IMG/VR virus record: IMGVR_UViG_3300026522_000846
Direction: 5' to 3' (one strand)
Length of the DNA: 27,852 nt
From: an uncultured virus (IMG/VR IMGVR_UViG_3300026522_000846)
Taxonomy: Duplodnaviria > Heunggongvirae > Uroviricota > Caudoviricetes
Within the stretch, counting starts at the first letter, position 1. Every line of letters begins with the position of its first letter. A program made the translations under genes and the position numbers. The notes beneath the pieces were generated by a model. It saw only the letters and a program-made list of their open reading frames with translations. It searched no databases and had not been told where the DNA came from. Of this stretch, positions 19,201 through 25,948 are shown piece by piece.

Positions 19201-20205
19201 ATCAAGGGCATGAGTAAAGACGTTAAGATACAGGGCGGTGACTATCCGACTCTGAAAGCGTTCTGGGAGAAAAACCCCCTGACGCTTCCCGTACTTGAAA
19301 CGCTCACGAATGCAGGATTCTTCCGGCATTTTGGAAGTCGCCAGAGCGTGATCGAATACTTTGAACAGGAAGTTCCGAACGCCCTGAAAAGGAAGAAGAT
19401 ACTCGATTCCGCAGAAAATGGCGTGCCAACGGATGCACAGGCAAAGAAACTTGAAAAGATCCCCGAAATGTCAGAATTTGTAGGTCGACCTTCTGAGCCT
19501 TTGCGTAGCAAAGACTCAGAGTTAAAGACCGAAGGTCGATCTTCTGAAGAACCGCTTTTGGAACTATACGGAAACGAATATCAGTCCATGGGTCTCGTAT
19601 TCCCTGACGATTCGATATGGAGAAGGCTTGCACTTACAGACGGATTTCCAAAAGAGGGAAAAGCAAGAGTCGGAGCTGTTGTCTGCTTTGTTAATAAAGA
19701 CAGACCTGTAAAGTCAAAGGGGCGGTTTTACTATGAGACCTATCTTATGGATAAGACCGGTGAGATAAGGAAGTTCTTCTCCGATGAGGTCATGGATAAA
19801 CCGTATGGATTATTCGACCTCACTCCGTCACCGTGGTGCATGGCATGGGGGAATACAAGGAAAGGAGAACTGCCGACCGAAAGCGTACTCATTTTTAATG
19901 GCAATGTCGGGAGTACAGGCTATATCACAAGGGGTGAAATGACAGACCTGCTTTGTAAGATAAAGAGCAAAGAACTACAAGTGTTTCATGGAACGGTTCT
20001 TTTAGAACCGTTCCGAGGAATGGATCCGATCCATTCCATTTCGCGATACCTTGTAATGTATGGTAACGAATCCATAAGAGAGTCAACAGGCATATATCTC
20101 TCATCGGTTGAATATCATGCACTCGAAAACACATTAAGCGAACAGCAAAAGACCACAGGTATCGAACCTGAAAGGATAATGAGGATCAGCAAGTGTTGTT
20201 TTTGA
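16222..20205 (+). CDS. dnaE: DNA polymerase III alpha subunit (DnaE-type, family C)
   Basis: PHP motifs (HVH, TEHD, PGVE, ELQNH, TNDIH), GPGRGSA, FERFLNPERKSMPDIDCDF, GQHAGG, KMDFLGL, GVFQFES, YAFNKSHAAAY. Confidence 0.96.
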   Translation: MYGAWHVHFESPNDTGNVLDEMLDEFESVGAKKVTVTEHDVFTSFVELKDKCRDRSVKVIPGVEGTMTDVIDGFPLHNAHMVLVAKDKVGYRSLSKIITDANKHFSLHSEDKRPIITWENLEKNVAKGHIFMSSACIQGIFGQIVKSPDITKQELTKKAERKLGLTAEEVEHILAVESELSEKKKAKTITADETKVYKDNHKLYLHYKRYKTEIEKVNEIPVLSKERILELCSKAYDKLCSIFGKDFVYFELQNHGLPSEKQIYSTIARLPQVHMDNVLLTNDIHVGKVHPTETDFLRRNVAQYSRYHTVWEITDADKELYIKDDEDLMNAVRELPSLPDGIVECGMENVKKVLSSCETDYLYEKSEGHYPKFSDHAEDDLKACVEIGKKERFPNGFPSKEYDERLKHELDVICGMGYADYHLIVQDYVNWTKKYGYCVDFFRDHEIDFTSDLTNQTICLDNSSMTYQGVVPTMAELDETIEKFHIPEQGINMGPGRGSAVSSLVCYLLGISDIDPVRYHLLFERFLNPERKSMPDIDCDFRPDLRGKAIEYTKMKYGENSTCKIITKTYGALAGNIRLAARYLGTKEYDKLPLIKQMEIKESTFLKPWYNAADRLSKSIDKDGNITDTGSFNKMEQEIFDLAESLSGLFLSFGQHAGGNIISRDDITDSMPLFWNSKKQNFSTQCVHDEAEQAGFLKMDFLGLINLNLLTDMMELTGDNSLMDREKREKILNDPKIYQEIFSTGNTQGVFQFESNGMKELMREFQPDCFEDLILLVALYRPGPLQYKDEIVATKWYRKGQGKKPTKAIDINNDVLNRILEPTYGCIIYQEQVMQIFEFLAGYSLGDADLVRRAMAKKNLDKLTIEREAFLHGDKSRNIKGVQATFGLSDNDLAPYNALFDQMLDFASYAFNKSHAAAYSLVSFFTAYFKCYHPGEFYAVSLNHTGTLDEVAPFVSEMRTLNSTRITLKRPDVRYATPDFKFDGKDILYGYTHIKGMSKDVKIQGGDYPTLKAFWEKNPLTLPVLETLTNAGFFRHFGSRQSVIEYFEQEVPNALKRKKILDSAENGVPTDAQAKKLEKIPEMSEFVGRPSEPLRSKDSELKTEGRSSEEPLLELYGNEYQSMGLVFPDDSIWRRLALTDGFPKEGKARVGAVVCFVNKDRPVKSKGRFYYETYLMDKTGEIRKFFSDEVMDKPYGLFDLTPSPWCMAWGNTRKGELPTESVLIFNGNVGSTGYITRGEMTDLLCKIKSKELQVFHGTVLLEPFRGMDPIHSISRYLVMYGNESIRESTGIYLSSVEYHALENTLSEQQKTTGIEPERIMRISKCCF
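19480..19547 (+). repeat. Palindromic element type II, in frame in dnaE
   Basis: GTAGGTCGACCTTCTGA and GAAGGTCGATCTTCTGA are 51 nt apart around TCTGAGCCTTTGC-GTA-GCAAAGACTCAGA; encodes VGRPSEPLRSKDSELKTEGRSSE. Confidence 0.92.
19989..20038. repeat. Palindromic element type I, in frame in dnaE
   Basis: GGAACGGTTCT-TTT-AGAACCGTTCC-GA-GGAATGGATC-C-GATCCATTCC; encodes GTVLLEPFRGMDPIHS. Confidence 0.92.
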
Positions 20206-20212
20206 AAACAGG

Positions 20213-20238
20213 CTTAACATTTTACTCATAGATATTTT
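20213..20238 (+). promoter_or_regulatory. Conserved upstream motif, copy 5 (inverted, matching + strand genes)
   Basis: CTTAACATTTTACTCATAGATATTTT matches the reverse complement of copies 2 and 4 (CTTAACGTTTTACTCATATATTTT). Confidence 0.7.
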
Positions 20239-20248
20239 AGAACGAGTG

Positions 20249-20271
20249 TTGGAACGATTCGGTCGTTCCAA
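20249..20271. repeat. Palindromic element type I, single hairpin
   Basis: TTGGAACGA-TTCGG-TCGTTCCAA. Confidence 0.7.
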
Positions 20272-20288
20272 AGGAAGGGAGATAAATT

Positions 20289-20417
20289 ATGGCATTACGA
20301 AATGCACTTGTAGCAGGACTTTTGGCTTGTATATTCGCAAGCATTTTTGCATCTGACGAGGACTACAACAAAGTTCATGGCAAAGTCGGGGAACTTTTGA
20401 AAAAGGCGGACGCATGA
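20289..20417 (+). CDS. 42-aa small protein with a hydrophobic N-terminus
   Basis: MALRNALVAGLLACIFASIFASDEDYNKVHGKVGELLKKADA; strong GGAAGGGAG RBS; TGA overlaps the next ATG. Confidence 0.65.
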   Translation: MALRNALVAGLLACIFASIFASDEDYNKVHGKVGELLKKADA

Positions 20418-21289
20418 GAAAAGCAACCCTTATGCACAAGGATATTCCGACCGTTGAATTCCTTATGAACGAACAGGGCAACTGTTCAAGAGTCCTGTCG
20501 GTATCAAACGAGAAGCATCTCCCTCCGTCCATTCCTCACATCAACGATGAGGATGACGTAAATTTCTGGCTCAAAAATCGGCGTGTCTCTGATAAGCGTG
20601 CCGATGTGAAAGCGTTGAAGGATGCCCGTGTCGTGAACGAGAGTTGGTTCTTACCGCTCCATTATCTGTCGCTTTATGACTGCTATTGGGTTCGTCTTAA
20701 TGAGAATGAGCGATGGGACAGCATTAACCTTTACATCCAACCCGAAACGGAAGATGTGTTCTCGCTGATGGAAGATAAGGACGAAAACAAGGATGTCCTG
20801 ATGTCGAGAGATACTGGCAACATGACGCTACCGTTGCCGAGAGAATGCAGATATTTGCAGGACGAATCCGACTGCAACATTTTTTATCTCGCCATAAGGA
20901 CTGAACTGACGGAACAGCCTGTTTTTCTTCAGGAAAAGTACAGACCATATGTTCCGACTGTTAAAGGCGACTACCTTTTCATATATGACGAGGTTTATTA
21001 CAGATTTCAGAATCAAGCAAGCCTTGCTATGGAATACATTCCTGCAGGTGATCTCTTTCATGGATATGCAAGCGATCCCATTTACAAAGGTCTGCCTGAA
21101 GAAAAAATATTTTTTATGGCGATAGACGATGTAAAAATACCCAATGCGAGAAAGTTCCTGTCGGGAATGCTCGCCTGTGACAGGAAATACAATGTGGCAA
21201 GGAACATATCAACATTCGGATATTACCGTGATCCGGACACATTAAAGCCGTTCGGATTTGCACCATTGTTTTTATGGCCAATGGCGTGA
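20414..21289 (+). CDS. HipA-like fold protein with degenerate catalytic motifs (putative pseudokinase)
   Basis: WL.NRR, LSLYDCYWV, W..INLY and MLACD..YNVARNISTFGYYRDPDT....FAPLF parallel HipA-like N.DRH..NFG...APIFD, but the catalytic residues are missing. Confidence 0.65.
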   Translation: MRKATLMHKDIPTVEFLMNEQGNCSRVLSVSNEKHLPPSIPHINDEDDVNFWLKNRRVSDKRADVKALKDARVVNESWFLPLHYLSLYDCYWVRLNENERWDSINLYIQPETEDVFSLMEDKDENKDVLMSRDTGNMTLPLPRECRYLQDESDCNIFYLAIRTELTEQPVFLQEKYRPYVPTVKGDYLFIYDEVYYRFQNQASLAMEYIPAGDLFHGYASDPIYKGLPEEKIFFMAIDDVKIPNARKFLSGMLACDRKYNVARNISTFGYYRDPDTLKPFGFAPLFLWPMA

Positions 21290-21302
21290 TGTAAGGAGAA
21301 TT

Positions 21303-22961
21303 ATGACTATTCGAGAAGCAATTAAAGAATATACTTTGCATAACCTCGGAATGACCTCCGAGGAATACAATGCCCTGAAGGACAAGTCTTTCGGCATGGA
21401 TGAAAAGGTCAGAAAGAAGTTCTATGCCATTGTAAAGAACTCTGACCATATCGACATTCTGGGCGACTATGACTGTGATGGTGTCACATCGACATATATC
21501 ATGTATAAGCTGATGACGAGTACCTTTCATAAAGACACAGGATTTCTGATCCCGAACCGTATCACAGATGGATATGGTATTCAGAAGAAACTCATAGACC
21601 GCCTGTATGAACGGAGAAAAGATGCCTTGGATAGGGGTGAAGTTTGTACCATTGTAACCGTGGATAACGGCATCGCAGGAGCAGAGCCAATTGCCTATGC
21701 AAAAGAACTCGGATTCCGTGTCATCGTGACAGACCATCACGAACAGGGACTGAACGAGATACCAAGGGCAGATCTTGTTATCGATCCGAAAGCCAAGGAC
21801 TGCAACCCCTTTGATTATGACGGTTATTGTGGTGCGGGTGTTGCTTATAAGATCGCAGAACAATTCGTGAAGAATCCGAAATTCTTACGTCATCTCCGCT
21901 CGTTCGCTGCCTTGGGTACGGTAGCTGATGTGATGGAGCTGACAGGCGATAATTATAAGATAGTAAAGACTGCTCTCAATGAACTTTCGAACGGAATAAT
22001 GCCGACATCGTGGAGATACCTCGGCAAGGCATACAACACATTCCCTAATCATGATTTTGCATGGGAGGACATTACGGAAAAGGACTTTGGGTTCATGTTC
22101 GGTCCGATCATCAACGCCCAGTCTCGTATGGAAGATGCTGGAGCGACCAAGGCAGAAAAGTATCTTCTGCACCCGACCGAGGAAATGGCAAAGGAAATGG
22201 TAAAGGTCAATGAGACCAGAAAAGACCTGACCAAAACCTTGTATGCAGGCGTGGAAAAGAAGATCGAAGAAACAGGTCTGAAGTCGCCTTTATGGGTATA
22301 TATTCCGCAGGTCAATGAAGGCATTATCGGTATTCTTGCAGGAAATATTACGGAACGGTTCGGAGTACCCTGTATCGTACTGACCGATACAGAGGATGAG
22401 AAAGTGCTGAAAGGCTCTGCCCGTTCCATTCAGGGATTTGACATCTTTGACTATCTGTGCAGTCTGCCCAAGGAATATTTTGTCGGATTTGGCGGTCATA
22501 CAGGTGCAGCCGGACTGTCGGTCTATCGGGATAAGTTAGAAGAAATTCAGAATCTTCCCGATCTGTCCGTCTATGCCGAATGCGACCATCTGGAACCGAA
22601 TTTCGTCATCGATCAGGACGAGATGGAAGAATGTTACCATGCCCTTCGTGAATTTGCTCCCTTCGGACAGGGTAATCCCGCTCCCCTCTTCGGTGTCCAC
22701 ATGAATCCCATGGAAAAGAAACCCTATCTGTGCGGAAGTGACAAGAATACTGCACTCTTCTTTGGCGACCATGGAAAGGTGACGGTGTTCCGATACAAGG
22801 ATATGCTTGGTGACATAAACCCTAACAAACCATTCCTTGCCGTTGGAGAATTGAATGCAGAACGGTACAAAGGCAATAAGGGAATCAATCTGATCGCCAG
22901 CGAACTGAAAGACGAACGGACCTTGGAAAAAGAAAAAGGCCCAAACTTGCAAATACGTTGA
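21303..22961 (+). CDS. recJ: RecJ-like ssDNA exonuclease (DHH/DHHA1)
   Basis: GDYDCDGVTS, TVDNG, TDHH, ALGTVADVM, KGSARS, GGHTGAAG, PFGQGNPAP; AAGGAG RBS before ATG 21303. Confidence 0.93.
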   Translation: MTIREAIKEYTLHNLGMTSEEYNALKDKSFGMDEKVRKKFYAIVKNSDHIDILGDYDCDGVTSTYIMYKLMTSTFHKDTGFLIPNRITDGYGIQKKLIDRLYERRKDALDRGEVCTIVTVDNGIAGAEPIAYAKELGFRVIVTDHHEQGLNEIPRADLVIDPKAKDCNPFDYDGYCGAGVAYKIAEQFVKNPKFLRHLRSFAALGTVADVMELTGDNYKIVKTALNELSNGIMPTSWRYLGKAYNTFPNHDFAWEDITEKDFGFMFGPIINAQSRMEDAGATKAEKYLLHPTEEMAKEMVKVNETRKDLTKTLYAGVEKKIEETGLKSPLWVYIPQVNEGIIGILAGNITERFGVPCIVLTDTEDEKVLKGSARSIQGFDIFDYLCSLPKEYFVGFGGHTGAAGLSVYRDKLEEIQNLPDLSVYAECDHLEPNFVIDQDEMEECYHALREFAPFGQGNPAPLFGVHMNPMEKKPYLCGSDKNTALFFGDHGKVTVFRYKDMLGDINPNKPFLAVGELNAERYKGNKGINLIASELKDERTLEKEKGPNLQIR

Positions 22962-22975
22962 TATGCGTATATAAT
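22947..22975 (+). promoter_or_regulatory. Sigma-A-type promoter for the inserted cassette
   Basis: TTGCAA-17 nt-TATAAT overlapping the recJ stop. Confidence 0.7.
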
Positions 22976-23072
22976 AAAAAGAACAAGAGAAACAATTTCT
23001 GTCAAAAAAGAGGTGCGTCTGCAAAAGCAAGTACGTCTGAGACCCAAAACAGGTACAAAAACAACGGACTAA

Positions 23073-23171
23073 AATTGGCAGAAATGTGCAGAAAGAGCGG
23101 TGAGTCTGATGATTGAAGATATATTTGATATGAGTGAAGAACGAGAAGACGATATTGAGGAAGAACGATGA
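23073..23171 (+). pseudogene. Probable 3' remnant of a gene ending ...EEREDDIEEER*
   Basis: Short open frame with an in-frame stop just upstream; shares its last codons with the kinase gene. Confidence 0.45.
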
Positions 23172-23188
23172 TGAGTCCGTTAAAACGA
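23149..23188 (+). repeat. 40-bp direct repeat, left copy
   Basis: ACGATATTGAGGAAGAACGATGATGAGTCCGTTAAAACGA, identical to 24740-24779. Confidence 0.95.
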
Positions 23189-23210
23189 GACCATCGGGAA
23201 AGGAAACAGT

Positions 23211-23432
23211 ATGCTTAGTTATTCTGAAAAGCTAGACGATGAGACAAAAGAAGACTTTGAAACTTACCAAAAAGCCTTATCTTTGTATCAGGAAAACTCC
23301 AATCCGGATACCCACTATGAACTGCTATGCGCTTATCAGAACATTTTCAATGACCTGAAAATGCTTCGATCCATTCATCGGATTTCGGATACGGAATTTG
23401 AAGTGCTTAGAAAGGAAATTAATAATGCATGA
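23211..23432 (+). CDS. Small acidic helical protein, candidate antitoxin or partner of the kinase
   Basis: 73 aa, GAAAGGAA RBS, overlaps the kinase start by 8 nt. Confidence 0.65.
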   Translation: MLSYSEKLDDETKEDFETYQKALSLYQENSNPDTHYELLCAYQNIFNDLKMLRSIHRISDTEFEVLRKEINNA

Positions 23433-24762
23433 ATTTCTAAACAATATTAATGCTCATATCATAAAGGAAGAACTCAACGTATATAGTGGCTCGGAAAGGA
23501 AGAAAACACTTTTGATGGACGACGGTCAACGATACATGTTAAAATTCCCAGATCCTACACGAGAAAAAGGATTGCGTCTTTCTTACATAAACAATACCAT
23601 CTCAGAATATCTTGGATGTCATGTTTATCAGACCATCGGACTTTCGGTTCAGAAGACTTCGCTTGGAATTTATATCGCAGACATGGCAGGGACAGGAACT
23701 CCGAAAATTGCATGCTTGTGTCGAGACTTCAAAAATGACGGAATTACTTTGCACGAAGCAGAGAAACTGCTTCTGTCCTCTGTTGACTCCGATGCACAAA
23801 ACAGTCTAACATTGTCAACCGTTAAAAGGCTCTTAAAAGAAACTACAAATGATTGGCAGACAGCGTGGAAGAAGTATTGTGATATGACAATTGTGGATGC
23901 CTTGATCGGAAACACGGATCGTCACAATGGAAATTGGGGATTGGCAGAATACCCAGATCATACAATTTCGATGGCGCCCGTCTTTGACTGTGGGTCTTCT
24001 TTTTCTCCTTTGCTCTCAGATGAAGAGTTGTCAGAAAGAATTGCGAATCGGGAAGCACTCACCGTACAATCCGCACTACGAGACGAAAATACACACAGGA
24101 AATTATCCTTTGCCGAAATCTTAAACGGTCATGAGCCAGAAATTCTTCGAGCAGAGCGAAGGATTATTCCAAAAATTTCTCTTCAGGCAATCAACGATGT
24201 GATTGACAGTATCCCTTATATTTCCGAAAGGAGAAAGGGGTTTTACAAGTCGCTAGTTTCTGTTCGATATGAGAAACTGTTGATCCCGACGCTGGAAAAA
24301 AATCTGTCTATTCAAAAGACAGACGAATACAAACAATGGAATTCTAAAGTAATTGCTAAGATTTTTGAACTCTATATTTCGGCACTTTGTCAATTGCCCG
24401 AAAATTGTGACACACAAATTACTATTAATCATCACAATTTCGTTGTAAGACGAAATGGCGATTATCTCTTTCTAATGAACAACCAAGAAGAATGTGACGG
24501 TCTCATTCACCTAAAAAAAACAAATCTGAATATCGGTAAATTTGTTCAATGTATGAGAAACTTAGGCTGTCCGATTAATATCCACGACATCATTTTAGAG
24601 ACAAGAAACGAAGCTTCGAATGTTGAAAAATCGGATTCTCGGAATGTAAACGCAACAGGTACTGTTGAAAACGGGGCAGATACCATTCCTATTGATTCGG
24701 CATGTAATCTGCTTGACGAGGAGGAAACCGTCGATATGAACGATATTGAGGAAGAACGATGA
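23425..24762 (+). CDS. HipA/CtkA-family Ser/Thr kinase with a C-terminal extension
   Basis: YSGSERKK, YMLKFP, SEYLGCHVY, DALIGNTDRHNGNWG, MAPVFDCGSS; about 150 extra C-terminal residues. Confidence 0.88.
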   Translation: MHEFLNNINAHIIKEELNVYSGSERKKTLLMDDGQRYMLKFPDPTREKGLRLSYINNTISEYLGCHVYQTIGLSVQKTSLGIYIADMAGTGTPKIACLCRDFKNDGITLHEAEKLLLSSVDSDAQNSLTLSTVKRLLKETTNDWQTAWKKYCDMTIVDALIGNTDRHNGNWGLAEYPDHTISMAPVFDCGSSFSPLLSDEELSERIANREALTVQSALRDENTHRKLSFAEILNGHEPEILRAERRIIPKISLQAINDVIDSIPYISERRKGFYKSLVSVRYEKLLIPTLEKNLSIQKTDEYKQWNSKVIAKIFELYISALCQLPENCDTQITINHHNFVVRRNGDYLFLMNNQEECDGLIHLKKTNLNIGKFVQCMRNLGCPINIHDIILETRNEASNVEKSDSRNVNATGTVENGADTIPIDSACNLLDEEETVDMNDIEEER

Positions 24763-24779
24763 TGAGTCCGTTAAAACGA
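24740..24779 (+). repeat. 40-bp direct repeat, right copy
   Basis: Spans the kinase stop and the HTH gene start; identical to 23149-23188. Confidence 0.95.
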
Positions 24780-24989
24780 ATCCTATCCGAAAGAGGAATG
24801 TCTCTAAAGAAATTTGCGGAACTCTCAGGTCTGTCTTCTCGGTCTTTAGAGCCGTATATGGCAGGAAGAAAAGACTTCCGAAATGCCAGAGCTTGGCAAG
24901 CTGTTCGTGTTGCAGATGCCCTTGGCATTGACATTCATGAACTTTTTTGTGACAAAGAGGAAAAAAGATCCCATGAACTAAAATTTTAA
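24759..24989 (+). CDS. XRE-family helix-turn-helix regulator
   Basis: LKRILSERGMSLKKFAELSGLSSRSLEPY..GR...RVADALGIDIHELF. Confidence 0.88.
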   Translation: MMSPLKRILSERGMSLKKFAELSGLSSRSLEPYMAGRKDFRNARAWQAVRVADALGIDIHELFCDKEEKRSHELKF

Positions 24990-25167
24990 TGACAATGGCA
25001 AGGTGACCGTTTTCCGATATAAGGACCTTTTGGGTGACATAAACCCTAACAAGCCATTCCTAGCGATTGGAGAACTGAACGCGGAACGATATAAGGGCAA
25101 CAGGGGAATCAACCTCATCGCTGCTGAACTGGAAGAAGATAAGGTGCGGGAAGGGGAAAAAGGGTAA
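24985..25167 (+). pseudogene. Second, diverged copy of the recJ 3' end
   Basis: Reads FNDNGKVTVFRYKDLLGDINPNKPFLAIGELNAERYKGNRGINLIAAELEEDKVREGEKG*, collinear with recJ 22761-22940; in-frame stop upstream and no start codon. Confidence 0.9.
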
Positions 25168-25219
25168 AACTCATTCCGAGAAGTGACAATTTTTGTACGA
25201 ACCAAAAAAAATTATTCAT

Positions 25220-25257
25220 AAAAGAGAAGAGAAAGAAACAGCTCTCTTCTCTTTTTT
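25220..25257 (+). terminator. Terminator-like hairpin
   Basis: AAAAGAGAAGAGA...TCTCTTCTCTTTTTT after the recJ remnant. Confidence 0.6.
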
Positions 25258-25278
25258 ATGTATTGGAAAGGATTTTTA

Positions 25279-25944
25279 ATGCTGAATTTGGCGATTTTGA
25301 TTCCGTGCAAAAATGAAGAAAAAACGATTCGACAAGTCATTCGTGACTGTCAAAAAGAGTTACCGCAGGCAGAGATATTTGTCGGTGACAATAATTGTAC
25401 CGACAATACCAAAGCTGTTGCCGAGGACTGTGGTGTGACGGTCATTCCATGCCCTATTTCGGGGAAAGGTGCTGCCTTAAAGGTAATGATTCGTAAAGTA
25501 AAGGCAGATAAGTATCTTTTTATCGATGGTGACGGAACATATTCGGCACGGGATGGGAAAATGCTTTTGGATAAAATGATACATACACCTCATTGTGCCA
25601 TGGCGATCGGTGACCGAAGGAAACAGTATTTTGTGGAAAATCAATCACTCTTTCATGCACTTGGGAATCGCCTAGTGCCATATCTTGTGGCGAAAAAGTG
25701 CCATGCCCGTTCCGTGGATGTGATGTCGGGACTTCGCATTGTAACGCGGGCATTTCTGTTAAAATATCCCATTCAGTCTGATGATTTCACTGTGGAAACG
25801 GAACTGACCATGAACCTTTTCTGTTCCAGACAGCCGTATGTTACAGAGGATATTTCCTATCATGACAGACAGAAAGGATCTCGTTCCAAGATTTGTTCCA
25901 TCAAAGATGGAAGAAAAATCATTATGTGGATATTGAAACATTAA
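25279..25944 (+). CDS. GT2 glycosyltransferase (polyprenol-phosphate sugar synthase, DPM1/GtrB-like)
   Basis: ILIPCKNEE, DNNCTDNT, GKGAA, FIDGDGTY, DVMSGLR, FTVETELT, GSRSKI. Confidence 0.9.
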   Translation: MLNLAILIPCKNEEKTIRQVIRDCQKELPQAEIFVGDNNCTDNTKAVAEDCGVTVIPCPISGKGAALKVMIRKVKADKYLFIDGDGTYSARDGKMLLDKMIHTPHCAMAIGDRRKQYFVENQSLFHALGNRLVPYLVAKKCHARSVDVMSGLRIVTRAFLLKYPIQSDDFTVETELTMNLFCSRQPYVTEDISYHDRQKGSRSKICSIKDGRKIIMWILKH

Positions 25945-25948
25945 CGAA

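Noticed and set aside
22761..25167. recJ tail duplication as a DGR template/variable repeat pair
   Set aside because: Differences are not adenine-specific, are mainly at third codon positions, and no reverse transcriptase is present.
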